A DNA stretch of 64,000 nt from an uncultured cyanobacterium (GTDB lineage Bacteria > Cyanobacteriota > Cyanobacteriia > Cyanobacteriales > Nostocaceae), in NCBI GenBank assembly GCA_963706595.1, contig OY970166.1, positions 4,832,001 through 4,896,000 on the forward strand, written 5' to 3'. Numbering within the stretch: the first letter of the stretch is position 1; the number at the start of each line of letters is the position of its first letter. Both the position numbers and the translations under genes were made by a program. A model generated the notes under the pieces. That model was not told the origin of the DNA, searched no databases, and saw only the letters and a program-made list of their open reading frames with translations. Positions 21,582-33,426 of this stretch are shown here, piece after piece.

Positions 21582-22577
21582 TTAAGCAAGTTGAAAGATA
21601 AATGTTACCAAATCTCCCTTACCTAGACTGATGCGATCGCCTGGTCTCAGGCGGTGTCGATTCCCTGGCAATAACGGCGAGTTATTAATGTAAGTGCCAT
21701 TAGAACTGCCCACATCTTCTACGTAATGAAAATCTCCCTCAACCCGAATATCTGCGTGTATTCGTGAGACAATTTCTGAATTGGAAAATCCTGAAACATC
21801 CACATCTGGAGGAATCCGGTCATTGGGTTTGCCGATGTGAATTACAGACAGACTTTGCGGTAATTCAATTTCCAGATCGCTTTGAACGTGAAACAAGCTT
21901 GCCGTTACCTGCTGCAATTGTGTCATGGAAGCAGATGGGACGGGCGTTGGTGCCGCCGCAACAGGTTCTGGTTCTGGTTCTGGTTCTGGTTGCGGTTCTG
22001 GTTCTAGTTCTGGGGTTTCCACTACGACTGGAGCGGGTTCTGGTTGCGGTTCCGGTTCCGGTTCTGGGGTTTCCACTACGACTGGAGCGGGTTCTGGTTC
22101 CGGTTCTGGTGCTGGGGCTTCCGCTTCTGCTGGTGCTGGGGCTGGGGCTTCCACTGCGACTGGAGCGGGTTCTGGTTCCGGTGCTGGTGCTGGGGCTTCC
22201 ACTGCGGCTGGCGCTTCTGCTGGTGTCACTGACATTGCTGTTGGTGGTAGGACTGAAGCCGCCGACTGATTGGCGTTGGGATCTGGGTTAATTCCCAAAG
22301 GATCTGGTTGTAAAAGTTCTAACAGTGGATCAGGTTCAACTAACTGTGGTACTTCTACGGGGATATCAGGAGCAACTGTGGCTACTGATGTGGCAGCAGC
22401 AGGTGCAAGATTTGAGTGGAGGTTATAACCACATTGACCGCAGAAAGCAGCATCGGCTTGGACAGTTGCGCCGCAGTTGGGGCAGTTACTAGTTGTTGGT
22501 AACGGCGTATAACAAGCTTCACACTGCACAGCGCCGTCTGGATTGGGGTGATTGCAATTAGGACAGACGATCATCAA
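21582..22577 (-). CDS. fraH: Zinc-ribbon + Pro/Glu linker + FHA domain protein (FraH-like)
   Basis: Four CxxC pairs, (PE)n linker, VSRIHA and [11 protein letters not shown] motifs. Confidence 0.75.
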   Translation of the reverse strand: MMIVCPNCNHPNPDGAVQCEACYTPLPTTSNCPNCGATVQADAAFCGQCGYNLHSNLAPAAATSVATVAPDIPVEVPQLVEPDPLLELLQPDPLGINPDPNANQSAASVLPPTAMSVTPAEAPAAVEAPAPAPEPEPAPVAVEAPAPAPAEAEAPAPEPEPEPAPVVVETPEPEPEPQPEPAPVVVETPELEPEPQPEPEPEPEPVAAAPTPVPSASMTQLQQVTASLFHVQSDLEIELPQSLSVIHIGKPNDRIPPDVDVSGFSNSEIVSRIHADIRVEGDFHYVEDVGSSNGTYINNSPLLPGNRHRLRPGDRISLGKGDLVTFIFQLA

Positions 22578-22808
22578 TTTAAGCCTTTCTTCAGGATCAT
22601 AGTAAAAGAATATTGGCCAGCAAAGAAAACTTTGTAGACGCTTCTGCGGTGAGAAAACCCCACAAAGAAAAGTTGCAACGAAATTTAGCCAGTCCTAGAC
22701 GAAGGCATGAGCGACGGCTAGGAACAAGCTGAAATCTCCCGCCGATCAGAAGTTCGCTCAGGGGACAACTTTAGCTTTCGATTTTAACAACTACTCCTGA
22801 TCGGAAAG

Positions 22809-23531
22809 TTAAGCTGGAAGTTCCGAACCTGCTGCTGCATCCAATAACCACCAAAGTTCGCCTTGGGGTTGAATCAAGCGGGATGGATAAGCGAAGTCAT
22901 CTGCCACAGGCGCGAAGACTTGAGCTAAAGCTGGTCGTTTATTAGCACCAGCAACCACAAAAATAACACTACGAGCCGCATTGATAAATGGGTATGTGAA
23001 GGTTATGCGAGGGTTGCCATCTTTGTTTCCCACAGTAATCAGCCGATCATGCACTTTTAAAGCTGCTGTGTGAGGAAACAAGGATGCGGTATGTGCATCA
23101 TCACCCATTCCTAGCAATACTACATCCAAAGCCGGAAACTCGTCGGGGTCAGAGTTAAAAAACTCTCGCAGATGCTGTTCGTGTTTGGCGGCTGATGCTG
23201 CTGGATCTCCGTCTAAAGTTGGTACAGAGTGAATGTTAGTTGCTGGGATATCAACGTGATTTAACCACGCACGCCGAGCCATCAGTTCATTGCTATCGGG
23301 ATGATCTGGTGGTACATAACGTTCATCTCCCCAAAAGATATGAATTTTATCCCAAGGCAGTTTTTGATTAGCGATCGCCTCGTACAATGGTTTAGGCGTA
23401 CTACCACCAGCTAAGGCGATAGTAAACTGTCCCCGTTGTGCAATGGCTGTTGACACCTTGGACAAAATTAAATTTAGCGATCGCTCAACTAGGGCTGAAA
23501 TATCTGGGAGAACTTCCACCTTTTTATTCAT
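22809..23531 (-). CDS. pgl: 6-phosphogluconolactonase
   Basis: ALAGGSTP, WGDERYVP, LGMGDDAHTASLFP. Confidence 0.95.
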   Translation of the reverse strand: MNKKVEVLPDISALVERSLNLILSKVSTAIAQRGQFTIALAGGSTPKPLYEAIANQKLPWDKIHIFWGDERYVPPDHPDSNELMARRAWLNHVDIPATNIHSVPTLDGDPAASAAKHEQHLREFFNSDPDEFPALDVVLLGMGDDAHTASLFPHTAALKVHDRLITVGNKDGNPRITFTYPFINAARSVIFVVAGANKRPALAQVFAPVADDFAYPSRLIQPQGELWWLLDAAAGSELPA

Positions 23532-23768
23532 GGTTTCATGATCATATTACCGACTTCCAGCAATACCATACCGAACTTATGACTATTCCCCGTTTTAACT
23601 TTTGAAACTTTTAACATGATGCCTGAATTAGACACAAGCAGACAAGACCGAGGAATTCTTTCTTGTACAGACGCGATTTATCGCGTCTCCCTCTAAGTAG
23701 GCAGGGGAGCAGGGAGCAGGGAGCAGGGGGGATAAAAGAACAAATATAATCTGATGAAATGGGGCAAT

Positions 23769-24518
23769 TTATTTTCTGGAAATCCCTAACAACTGATCCC
23801 AATCGGCGATCGCCTCTCTCTGAGCGATTAACAATTGCTGGATGCCTTTTTCGGCAAAATCCAGTAGCTGATTTAACTGAGTCCGGCTATAACTGCCTTC
23901 TTCTGCTGTCCCCTGGACTTCAATTATACCCAGATGTTGATTCATCACCACGTTGAAATCTACAGTTGCAGCCACATCCTCAAGATAGTTTAAATCTAAA
24001 TATGGCTGCCCTTGCAATAAACCCACAGATATTGCTGCTACTTGCCCACATAAAGGCGATCGCTCTAATACACCCGAATGCAATAATTGAGAAACTGCAT
24101 GAGCTAAGGCCACAAACCCGCCTGTAATCGCTGCTGTTCTAGTCCCCGCATCTGCTTGCAACACATCAGCATCTACAGTCAATGTGCGTTCTCCCAACAC
24201 CTCAAAATCAATTGCTGCTCTTAAACTCCGCCCAATTAAACGTTGAATTTCTTGAGTGCGTCCAGACAACTTCAACAATTCCCGTGCTTGCCGTTCTTGT
24301 GTCGCTGAAGGTAACATTCGATACTCAGATGTCAACCAACCTTTGCCAGTTCCTGCTAAAAATTTCGGGACTCCCTCACTCACACTGACAGTACAAAGTA
24401 CCTGAGTGTCTCCAAATTTTGTCAGAACCGAACCAGGAGCAAAGCGGGTAAAACCGGCATGAAAGCTGATGGGACGGAGTTCTTCTGGTTGCCGACCATC
24501 AGGACGCTGCCAAACCAT
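23769..24518 (-). CDS. rph: Ribonuclease PH
   Basis: [29 protein letters not shown]. Confidence 0.96.
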   Translation of the reverse strand: MVWQRPDGRQPEELRPISFHAGFTRFAPGSVLTKFGDTQVLCTVSVSEGVPKFLAGTGKGWLTSEYRMLPSATQERQARELLKLSGRTQEIQRLIGRSLRAAIDFEVLGERTLTVDADVLQADAGTRTAAITGGFVALAHAVSQLLHSGVLERSPLCGQVAAISVGLLQGQPYLDLNYLEDVAATVDFNVVMNQHLGIIEVQGTAEEGSYSRTQLNQLLDFAEKGIQQLLIAQREAIADWDQLLGISRK

Positions 24519-24633
24519 GAGAGTTGCCTCGGAAATTTTATATACAATTAGACTGCTTTCAGGTTAGCATTTCCTCCAAAATTAATATCGGATTTGTAGT
24601 AGGAGCCGATTTGAGGTAACAGGGGCTTTAATT

Positions 24634-25194
24634 TCAGGAAACAGAAAGCAGAGTCGAAATGTTTTGCTGTACTAACTCTGGTAATTGATCACCATTGATA
24701 GTCAACAGGCGGCGGCGACGGTCGTAATATTCTAGAATAGGAATAGTGCGATCATAGAATAGTTCTACTCGGCGCTGGACAATTTCGGGTTGATCATCGG
24801 CAAGAGAACGCTCCAAGGAGCGACGCACCATAATAGCTTCTGGTACTTGTAGATAAATAGCCCAATCTAACTTTTGTCCTAAATCATCCAACAAAAAATC
24901 CAATTCCTCAGCCTGAAACGCAGTCCGGGGATAACCCTCTAATACCCAACCCTGATCAACTTCAGGCTTTTTGAGTTGCAAACGGATAAATTCAATCATG
25001 ATTTCATCCGGGACTAGCTCGCCCTTTGTGACATAAGGCTGTGCATAGCAACCGAGATCACTCATACTAGCGATCGCTTCCCTTAACATCTCACCTGTAG
25101 AAATTTGCGGTATGTCAAAATTTCTGCAAAGCTTTTGCGCTTGGGTGCTTTTCCCCGATCCTGAACCTCCCAAAATCAATAATCTCACGACCAA
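24634..25194 (-). CDS. Adenylate kinase family protein (short LID)
   Basis: GGSGSGKSTQ, STGEMLR, LEGYPRT. Confidence 0.88.
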   Translation of the reverse strand: MVVRLLILGGSGSGKSTQAQKLCRNFDIPQISTGEMLREAIASMSDLGCYAQPYVTKGELVPDEIMIEFIRLQLKKPEVDQGWVLEGYPRTAFQAEELDFLLDDLGQKLDWAIYLQVPEAIMVRRSLERSLADDQPEIVQRRVELFYDRTIPILEYYDRRRRLLTINGDQLPELVQQNISTLLSVS

Positions 25195-25490
25195 TCACTC
25201 CTCTATAAGTAAAATTAATTACAATGTAAATCTGTTTTGCTCAAATCAAGATGATAGCTAAGACTGGGATTTCCCCATTTCCTGCTCCCAGGATTGGCAA
25301 TTATTTTTAACGGACAATTATGTATAATCATTAGTCTCATGCAAAAAACAAAAATGTCAATTGCTTGACTTCAAGCAAAAATTAGTGTCAAAAACTACAC
25401 TTACCCGCAAACAGCACTAATTATCTCAGTAGAGTTGTAACTACTTTCTGCAAAATTCTCTAATTATTTGCTACTTTTTGAACTTTCCCT

Positions 25491-26027
25491 ATGGTTGCCC
25501 AATTAGAAACTCCCAGCGTCAATTCATCCCTCAGCTTACCCTATCCAGTCGAAGGACTAGTACAAGTTTTTACTAGTACACAACGTAATTTTTTTACCGA
25601 TGTGATCGCCCAATCGTTAAGAATCGCGGGTCAAGGGACACCAGTATTAGTAGTCCAATTTCTCAAAGGTGGTATTCGTCAAGGTCAAGAGCGACCCATG
25701 CAATTAGGGCAATATTTAGATTGGATTCGCTGTGATTTACCTCGTTGCATCGACACACCCCATCTAGATGAAGCCGAAAACCAAGCATTACAAAAGCTGT
25801 GGCAATATACACAAAAAGTCGTCAGTGAAAGCAAGTATGATCTCGTAGTTTTAGATGAATTAAGTTTAGCGATTAGCTTTGGCTTAATTCCTGAAACCGA
25901 AGTTTTAGAATTTCTCGCACAACGCCCCCCTCATATCGATATCATTCTCACAGGAACCCAGATGCCGAAATCTCTCTTAGATGTGGCTGACCAAATTACT
26001 GAAATCCGTCGCAGTCATCGACCTTAA
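25491..26027 (+). CDS. CobA/CobO/BtuR-like protein with degenerate P-loop
   Basis: VVQFLKGG, YDLVVLDE, IILTG, ADQITE. Confidence 0.75.
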   Translation: MVAQLETPSVNSSLSLPYPVEGLVQVFTSTQRNFFTDVIAQSLRIAGQGTPVLVVQFLKGGIRQGQERPMQLGQYLDWIRCDLPRCIDTPHLDEAENQALQKLWQYTQKVVSESKYDLVVLDELSLAISFGLIPETEVLEFLAQRPPHIDIILTGTQMPKSLLDVADQITEIRRSHRP

Positions 26028-26082
26028 CCTGATTAAGAGCGGGAATTGATAGTTTGTAGATTTATGGAACAAGAGGTTAAAC

Positions 26083-26664
26083 GTGCTAAAAAATGATAAA
26101 TGGATTATTGAACAAGCCAAACTAGGGATGATTTCTCCATTTGAAACCTCTTTAGTGCGCCAGATTGAAGACAGGCGAGTAATTAGTTACGGTTTGTCTA
26201 GCTATGGCTATGATTTGAGATTATCTCCCACAGATTTTCGGATTTTTAAACATATTCCCGGTACAGTTGTCAATCCCAAGCGGTTTAATCCGGACAATTT
26301 AGAATCCATTGCACTGCAAACCGATGAAGATGGCTCATTTTTCATTATTCCAGCCAATTCTTATGCTTTGGGTGTCTCGCTGGAAAGATTGCGGATTCCC
26401 GACAACATTACAGTTATTTGTATTGGAAAATCAACAATGGCGCGTTGTGGGATTATTGCTAACATAACTCCTGCTGAAGCTTCATGGGAAGGTTTTTTGA
26501 CTCTGGAATTCAGCAATGCTTCTAGTGCAGACTGTCGTATTTACGCGAATGAGGGTGTGTTGCAGCTGCTCTTTTTAGAAGGAGAACCATGTCAAACAAC
26601 TTACGCGGAGCGCTTTGGCAAGTATCAAAATCAACCACAAAATGTCACCATTGCCAAGGTTTAA
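26083..26664 (+). CDS. dcd: dCTP deaminase
   Basis: ISYGLSSYGYDLRL, GKSTMARCG, LTLEFSN. Confidence 0.93.
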   Translation: MLKNDKWIIEQAKLGMISPFETSLVRQIEDRRVISYGLSSYGYDLRLSPTDFRIFKHIPGTVVNPKRFNPDNLESIALQTDEDGSFFIIPANSYALGVSLERLRIPDNITVICIGKSTMARCGIIANITPAEASWEGFLTLEFSNASSADCRIYANEGVLQLLFLEGEPCQTTYAERFGKYQNQPQNVTIAKV

Positions 26665-26791
26665 AATTGAAAAATGAGCAATTGCTGCTGATCAGTTTCA
26701 GCAGCAATTTGGTGTGAATATTTAACAAAGTTTGGGTGAAAAGATATAGATAAATCTGGCTTTTTAACACACCGTTAATGATATCTAATGT

Positions 26792-27151
26792 CTAATCTGA
26801 AACTGTACCATCGGGGAGAGTAGCGTTGCGAAAATTTGCTCCTTCCAGGTTGGCATTAGTCAAATTTGCTGCTCGTAAATTGGCACGATCCAAATCAGCT
26901 TTATGCAGGTTAGCGCCTGACAAGTTAGCACCTTCTAGATTGGCAGATGTCAGATAGGTTGTACTTAAATCTGCATTACTCAGATTTGCATCTTCGAGGT
27001 GTGCTTTATTCAGGTTGGCTTGACTGAGGTTTGCACCACTCAGATTGACTTTATGTAGAATCGCTCCGCCTAGATTAGCTCTACTTAAATCAACCTGATC
27101 AAAATTTCGTTCTCCAGAAGCATAACGTTGTAGAAAATTATTGACATCCAT
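26792..27151 (-). CDS. Pentapeptide-repeat protein
   Basis: RYASGERNF then ANL repeats. Confidence 0.9.
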   Translation of the reverse strand: MDVNNFLQRYASGERNFDQVDLSRANLGGAILHKVNLSGANLSQANLNKAHLEDANLSNADLSTTYLTSANLEGANLSGANLHKADLDRANLRAANLTNANLEGANFRNATLPDGTVSD

Positions 27152-27211
27152 ATTTACCTCATGTAAATAAAGACTGATTGAATGGCTAAATAATGACAGC
27201 AGTTTAACTAA

Positions 27212-27484
27212 TTATGTAGCGCTGCGAGAAGTTAGCAAGTTCCACAAGAAAATAGCCACGATTGCGCCAAGTACGGCTAAGATGATACCCGTAATACTGA
27301 GAGTTGGAGCCGTGAGAGCAAAGGTTCCTGTACTAAAAAGTACCCCCAAGCTACCGCCAACAAAAGCGCCGATGATCCCCAGCAAGATTGTTCCTAAAAT
27401 CCCACCACCTTGATGTCCGGGGTAAATAGCCTTGGCGATCGCACCAGCAATTAGTCCTAAAACAATCCAAGCTAGAATGTTCAT
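27212..27484 (-). CDS. GlsB/YeaQ/YmgE family membrane protein
   Basis: WIVLGLIAGAIAK..PG..GGILGTILLGIIGAFVGG. Confidence 0.88.
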   Translation of the reverse strand: MNILAWIVLGLIAGAIAKAIYPGHQGGGILGTILLGIIGAFVGGSLGVLFSTGTFALTAPTLSITGIILAVLGAIVAIFLWNLLTSRSAT

Positions 27485-27813
27485 GATTTTTAATTTAGTA
27501 AATATTTTTACTGTTCAGACATAGATTAACAGTTCCAAGCTTGGCATTAAATCTGTCATCGGAACTAATTGTTGAGAGTTTCAACAGACTATTTACCTGA
27601 CTAACACTTCTTTTGGTATATACCCCTATGGAATCTTCAGAGTTCTGCACATATCTATTAGCAGTGATCATGTCAAAACCCCTGTAGAGACTTTCCATGG
27701 AACGTCTCTACATTTAAATTCATACTTAATTTGAGCAGCGCCAAAGATTTTGGCACAGCTTGAGAAAAAACGGATAAGCTGTTTTATCTAAACTGTTTTT
27801 TTTGAATTCGACT

Positions 27814-29049
27814 ATGGCCACGATTAACGACAACTACCTGAAGCTGAAAGCCGGTTATCTATTTCCCGAAATTGCGCGCCGGGTGAATGCCTTTGTTGAA
27901 GCAAATCCTGACGCTAAAGTTATCCGCTTGGGTATTGGCGATGTCACAGAACCTCTGCCAGAAGCTTGCCGCACAGCGATGATTCAGGCTGTGGAAGAAA
28001 TGGGTGATCGCGCCACATTTAAAGGCTATGGTCCAGAACAAGGTTATGCTTGGTTAAGGGAAAAAATCGCCGCCCAAGATTTTCAAGCCAGAGGCGCTGA
28101 TATAGATGCCTCCGAAATCTTTATCTCCGATGGTTCTAAGTGCGATTCCGGCAACATTCTCGACATTTTCGGCAACAATAACATAATTGCAGTTACTGAC
28201 CCTGTATACCCCGTCTATGTAGACACTAACGTGATGGCTGGTAATACCGGGGATGCCAACGACAAAGGCGAATTTGGCGGTTTAGTATATTTGCCAATAT
28301 CGGCTGATAATAACTTCAAAGCTGAGATTCCCTCCCAGAAAGTCGATTTAATTTATCTGTGTTTCCCCAATAACCCCACTGGTGCAACTGCTACCAAGGA
28401 ATATCTGAAAGCGTGGGTAGATTACGCCAAGGCGAATAACTCGATTATTTTCTTTGATGCTGCTTATGAAGCTTACATCACCGACCCCGCAATTCCTCAC
28501 TCCATATATGAGATTGAAGGCGCAAGAGAATGTGCCATTGAGTTTCGTTCCTTCTCCAAGAATGCAGGTTTTACCGGCACCCGTTGCGCGTTAACTGTTG
28601 TACCCAAGACACTGACAGCAAAAGCGGCGGATGGTTCCGACGTAGAACTGTGGAAGCTGTGGAATCGTCGCCAATCGACTAAGTTTAATGGCGTTTCCTA
28701 CATCATCCAACGGGGTGCTGAAGCGGTTTACTCCGAAGCAGGACAAGCGCAAATTCAGGCCTTGGTGAGTTTTTACCTAGAAAATGCCAAAATTATTCGT
28801 GAACAACTCTCAGCAGCCGGATTAGCTGTATATGGTGGAATAAATGCACCTTATGTATGGGTAAAAACTCCGAATAACTTATCTAGTTGGGACTTTTTCG
28901 ATAAGCTGCTGCAAACTGTGAATGTAGTGGGTACACCTGGTTCTGGTTTTGGTGCTGCGGGTGAAGGTTACTTCCGCATTTCGGCTTTTAATAGTCGGGA
29001 AAACGTCGAAGAAGCCATGAAGCGGATTACCGAAAAGTTTAAGGTGTAA
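27814..29049 (+). CDS. dapL: LL-diaminopimelate aminotransferase
   Basis: [28 protein letters not shown] at 27814. Confidence 0.95.
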   Translation: MATINDNYLKLKAGYLFPEIARRVNAFVEANPDAKVIRLGIGDVTEPLPEACRTAMIQAVEEMGDRATFKGYGPEQGYAWLREKIAAQDFQARGADIDASEIFISDGSKCDSGNILDIFGNNNIIAVTDPVYPVYVDTNVMAGNTGDANDKGEFGGLVYLPISADNNFKAEIPSQKVDLIYLCFPNNPTGATATKEYLKAWVDYAKANNSIIFFDAAYEAYITDPAIPHSIYEIEGARECAIEFRSFSKNAGFTGTRCALTVVPKTLTAKAADGSDVELWKLWNRRQSTKFNGVSYIIQRGAEAVYSEAGQAQIQALVSFYLENAKIIREQLSAAGLAVYGGINAPYVWVKTPNNLSSWDFFDKLLQTVNVVGTPGSGFGAAGEGYFRISAFNSRENVEEAMKRITEKFKV

Positions 29050-29404
29050 AAATCTGTGGTGGGCATTGCCCACCATCAAACCTCTTCCGTACACCAATGG
29101 CGGGCAAGAGTCCCGCCCCACAAGAGTTTTATGATTTGTATCTGTATGCCATTTACCTGCAATCTGCCCTACAGATGAAAGCTATGATAGAAGAGGGACA
29201 AGCAGAAAACTATATTGCATAATAGCCGGAAGCGCTGTAAAGCAAGTTTGGGTGAAAAAATCTGTATTTTATTGCATAAATTCGGTTAATTTATCAACTA
29301 AATCATAACTGTTTGGGTGTTGCTTCACCACTTACCACTATGCAAAAACCTGATTTTTCCAAACCCTGATTTCTGGGTTATCAAAAACATAGGCGAAGCC
29401 CTAG

Positions 29405-32400
29405 TTACTGATTTTTCACCTTTATCTTTGGCAATCGAATTGTAAACATCGTACCTTCCTCCCAAGTCGAATCAAAAAATAACTCTCCTTGATGATTGTT
29501 CGTGACAATTTGATAGCTATTGGGCAATCCCATACCTGTACCTTTACCGACAGGTTTAGTAGTAAAAAAAGGATCGAAAATCCTCGCTTTAACCTCTGGA
29601 GCCATACCTATGCCGTTATCTTTCACCAAAATTGAAACCGCCTCCGATGGCTCTACAATTGTAGTGATAGTAATTATGCCCTGATAGGTTGGGTCAACCT
29701 CCATGATTTGCCGTTCTTCAATGGATTGAATAGCATTCATCAGCAGATTCATAAACACCTGATTTAGCAAGCCAATATAGCATTCAAATTCAGGCAGGTT
29801 GCCATAGTTCTTAATCACAGCAATCTTTGGCTTGCCAATTTTACCGTTTAAATGACTTTGTAAAATCATCAAGGTACTATCAATATTTTCATGTAGGTCT
29901 ACTGGCTTCAAGTCAGCTTCATCTAGGCGTGAAAAGGTGCGTAGAGATTTGACAATATTCTTAATCCGTGATGCCCCTGTCTTCATTGATTGAAGAGTTT
30001 TAGGTAAGTCTTTGATGATAAACTCTAAATCAAGTTCTTCTACCCCCTCCATGATTTCTATCGAGGGAGTGGGATAAGAATCTTGGTAAAGTCGAATAAT
30101 TTTTAATAAACTTTCAGCATATTCCTCCACAGGTTCTAAGTTGCCATAAATAAAGCTAATGGGATTGTTAATTTCATGGGCAATACCTGCTACCAGTTGA
30201 CCCAAGCTGGACATCTTTTCCGATTGGATCAGTTGCATTTGAGTTTGTTGTAATTCCTGATAGGCTCTTTCTAGTTCTTTGGTTTTGGCTTGGGAACTTT
30301 GATAAAGGTCGGCTTGTTGAATGGCGATCGCCACCTGAGTCGCTAGGTTTTGTAATAGCTCAATTTCATCAGGTTGCCAAGCTACACTCCCATCAATTCG
30401 TCCCATCTCAAACGCACCTATTTTACCCTCGCTGTGAATTGGTAAAGCCAGATAAAGATTAATCTCCATCGATTCACAAAATGACCTTAGCTCTGGGTCT
30501 TGACTATCCTGTGAATTTTCGATATCAAGGGTATAAATTTTTTCTGCAAAGATATTCCGAAATAGCACAGGAAACTCCTCAAGATCATAAGAGCCTAACC
30601 AGCTGCAAAGTTTGGGGTTTCGCGTTTCTTGCACCACTTCCCATTGGGACGTTTTAGCATCTGCATGATACCAACCAAATGTACAAATATCCAGATTTAG
30701 TTGCTCAAAGATGGCATTGACCGAACTTTCTAGGATACTGTTTAAAGCCAGGGAGTTGCGAATTTCTGTACTGAGGTGATTCAGCAGTTGGGTGCGATTT
30801 AGGAGAGCTTTGAGTTGAGTCTGGGTATTTATCCGTTCGGTAATATCTCGCGCAGCAGCATAAATCAAATCTCCTTGAGGACTCGAAAGCCATTCAATAT
30901 GACGATAACTACCGTCTTTCGTACGATAGCGATTGACGAATTTTATAATGGTGCGGCCATCATTCAAATCTGAAATGGCGGCTAATGTGGAATCTACATC
31001 GTCAGGATGTACAAAATCTAGGAAGACTTTGCCTTGTAACTCTGAGATAGAATAGCCTAATATATTTTGCCAAGCTTGATTCAGTCGGCGAAAATGCCCT
31101 CCGGTGTCGGCAATGCAAAGCAAATCGAGGGAAATGGTGAAAAAGCGTTCCAGTTCTAATTCTGCCATGCGGCGATCAGTAATATCGATCACGATCCCAA
31201 ACATTTTTACCAATTTTTCGTCCTGAAATTCCAATTCAATGCGGCTATTAATGTAGCGGATTTGATCATGAAGTAGAATCCGACAATCGAAGTCCTGGGA
31301 TTTGCCTTCTCTGGCGGCAGTAACTCGTTCTAAAAAGAAGGTGCGATCTTCTGGGTGAAATTGCTGGACATGCTGATCGAAAGTGGGTTCACCTTGGTCT
31401 GGGGTCATGTCAAAGATGCGGAATACTTCTTCTGACCAGGTCATTTTTTGGGTAGCGAGGTCAAATGACCAGTGGCCTAAATGGGCAATTTCTTGGGATT
31501 TTTTCAGTTTTTCGCTGAGTTCTGTGAGGGCGATTTCGGAGCTTTTAAGATCGCTAATATCAGTGTGAATGCCAATAAACCGGACTGGTTTGCCGTCTTG
31601 ATCTCGTTCTACGAGTTTCCCTTGAACTAAATTCCATTTATAGGTGCCATCTTTGCACCGGATACGATGGATATTTTCATAGGTTTCCGTTTCCCCTTGC
31701 AGATGTTTTGTCATATCCGCATACAATTGGGGTTTATCTTCGGGATGGATGCGGCTTTCCCATTCAGCAAGGTTATTCTCAAGGGTTTCTGTTAAATCAT
31801 AGCCGAGAAATTCTTTCCACTGTTTTTCTGCAAAGCTGACCTCATTGGTTTGCATATTCCAATCCCAAAGTCCTGTATTAGAGGATTCGAGAGCCAGCTG
31901 TAACTGAATCTGGACTTGTCTTAGTTCAGTCAATGTATCTTCTAAGTCGCTGGCTTGCAGCCGATAAGATGCTTCAGACTCTTGCAATTCTTGATATTGC
32001 TTTTTCAGTAAAGCATCTGCCCTAGAGACAAAGACAAAGAGTACAATGTAAAGGATTACTAAAATTAGAGAGACTCCGATAATAATCGTGCGTTGGGTTG
32101 ACCCAATCTCCTGCAACCAAGGGCTAACATCGGTATAGACCTCAAATACGCCGATTATCTTTTTGTTAGTCTGCTGATCATAAATCGGAATATAGCTTGC
32201 GAGTAAATGACGATTTTCAATATTGCTAGTTAAAGCTGTGAAGGTATCTCGGTGTCCAATCTGACTGACAATTTGTCCAGATGTAGCCGCTTGAAAAGCA
32301 GAAGATTTGGCTATATTATCTCCAATTTGAGCTAACTCCGTCGAGAATATCGTCCGCCCTTGCAAATCAAAAATCTTGACTTTGGCTATGGCCGAACCTT

Positions 32401-32767
32401 GAACCTGGAGTAGTACTGCTCTATGAATCTGGCTAACTCTAGGGTTTGCTACTAGCTCTTGATCACTCAGGGTTTTGGTAGAGGAAATAAATGACCTATA
32501 GTCTGTCCAGAGGTTATTCGCAAGTATTTTTGTGAGGATAGCATTATCTTCTTCCTTAATATTGACTAAGTTCTTTACAGCCTGCTGACGATAAAACCCA
32601 GTCAGCCAGCCAATAGCCAGGGTAAATGAAAGGAGGCTAACAATCGAGAAATTTTGCAGTAACTTAAAACGTTTTGGCGATACCGAGGTATCCCCTAATA
32701 AAAATCGGTTGAGGAATGTGTTTATTTTTAAACCGCGCGGTTGAGTGAACTTTATGGGTGAATTCAT
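29405..32767 (-). CDS. Membrane sensor histidine kinase with PAS x3 and GAF domains
   Basis: Two TM segments, PAS HPED/HPDD motifs, AHEINNP H-box, DNGIG, FFTTKPVGKGTGMGL. Confidence 0.92.
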   Translation of the reverse strand: MNSPIKFTQPRGLKINTFLNRFLLGDTSVSPKRFKLLQNFSIVSLLSFTLAIGWLTGFYRQQAVKNLVNIKEEDNAILTKILANNLWTDYRSFISSTKTLSDQELVANPRVSQIHRAVLLQVQGSAIAKVKIFDLQGRTIFSTELAQIGDNIAKSSAFQAATSGQIVSQIGHRDTFTALTSNIENRHLLASYIPIYDQQTNKKIIGVFEVYTDVSPWLQEIGSTQRTIIIGVSLILVILYIVLFVFVSRADALLKKQYQELQESEASYRLQASDLEDTLTELRQVQIQLQLALESSNTGLWDWNMQTNEVSFAEKQWKEFLGYDLTETLENNLAEWESRIHPEDKPQLYADMTKHLQGETETYENIHRIRCKDGTYKWNLVQGKLVERDQDGKPVRFIGIHTDISDLKSSEIALTELSEKLKKSQEIAHLGHWSFDLATQKMTWSEEVFRIFDMTPDQGEPTFDQHVQQFHPEDRTFFLERVTAAREGKSQDFDCRILLHDQIRYINSRIELEFQDEKLVKMFGIVIDITDRRMAELELERFFTISLDLLCIADTGGHFRRLNQAWQNILGYSISELQGKVFLDFVHPDDVDSTLAAISDLNDGRTIIKFVNRYRTKDGSYRHIEWLSSPQGDLIYAAARDITERINTQTQLKALLNRTQLLNHLSTEIRNSLALNSILESSVNAIFEQLNLDICTFGWYHADAKTSQWEVVQETRNPKLCSWLGSYDLEEFPVLFRNIFAEKIYTLDIENSQDSQDPELRSFCESMEINLYLALPIHSEGKIGAFEMGRIDGSVAWQPDEIELLQNLATQVAIAIQQADLYQSSQAKTKELERAYQELQQTQMQLIQSEKMSSLGQLVAGIAHEINNPISFIYGNLEPVEEYAESLLKIIRLYQDSYPTPSIEIMEGVEELDLEFIIKDLPKTLQSMKTGASRIKNIVKSLRTFSRLDEADLKPVDLHENIDSTLMILQSHLNGKIGKPKIAVIKNYGNLPEFECYIGLLNQVFMNLLMNAIQSIEERQIMEVDPTYQGIITITTIVEPSEAVSILVKDNGIGMAPEVKARIFDPFFTTKPVGKGTGMGLPNSYQIVTNNHQGELFFDSTWEEGTMFTIRLPKIKVKNQ

Positions 32768-33054
32768 GGAAATATTAATTTTAATTAAAGTTGAATGGCA
32801 TTAAAAAAAGGTGAAACCTCTCATTTAACAGGGTATGGTATGTAATATTTCAAACGATGGAATTTTAGTCCATCAAAGGGGACAACATCTTCTGGATTGA
32901 CCACCCCCACACCCAAAAGCCTTGTCGATAATGGCTTTGCCGTTATCATTAGTGCCATTCAATTTTCGGGCTATATTGTAGGTTTTTATACACTGCGGAC
33001 TATGATGTAAGTTTTTATATACAACTATATCTCAATTTTATATTTATTTATCTA

Positions 33055-33182
33055 TAGGACTCCTATTTAATTTCTGAACATCAATACAACTCAAAATGGC
33101 TTTTTCCCACTCCCCACTCCCCACTCCCCACTCCCCACTCCCCACCTACGCAAGTAAGTTTAAAAATCAAAGCGGATTACTA
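33055..33182. mobile_element. MITE containing (CCCCACT)n, TA target duplication
   Basis: Imperfect TIRs taggactcctatttaattt / aaatcaaagcggattacta; empty site reconstructable from dapL. Confidence 0.7.
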
Positions 33183-33202
33183 TAGTTGGGAATTTTTCGA
33201 TA

Positions 33203-33315
33203 AGTAAGTCGGTGCAGTAAAACCAAACTATGTAAACAAAAGTAAATAAGGCTCAAACTCTTTCTCCCCCTACCCCCTGCCTTATTGCAACAATAATTAT
33301 TTACGCCGACCTACT
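33203..33315. mobile_element. MITE, TA target duplication
   Basis: TIRs agtaagtcggtg / cgccgacctact; empty site GATAAGC in dapL. Confidence 0.75.
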
Positions 33316-33426
33316 TAAGCTGTTGCAAACTGTGAATGTAGTACACCGGGTTCTGGTTTTGGCGCTGCGGGTGAAGGCTAATTCCGCATTTCCGCTTTTA
33401 ATAGTCGGGAAAATGTCGAAGAAGCG

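Larger units (their letters stand above)
33048..33425 (+). pseudogene. Diverged duplicate of dapL 3' region, interrupted by two MITEs
   Basis: After removing 33055-33184 and 33203-33317 the sequence aligns to dapL 28879-29015; 4-bp deletion and TAC->TAA. Confidence 0.85.

Noticed and set aside
21764..22291. Three plus-strand low-complexity ORFs (Gly/Ser/Ala-rich etc.)
   Set aside because: Antisense to the Pro/Glu linker of the FHA protein
22600..22795. GC-richer intergenic stretch with small hairpins upstream of the fraH-like gene
   Set aside because: Could not match it to any RNA family or establish a convincing fold by eye
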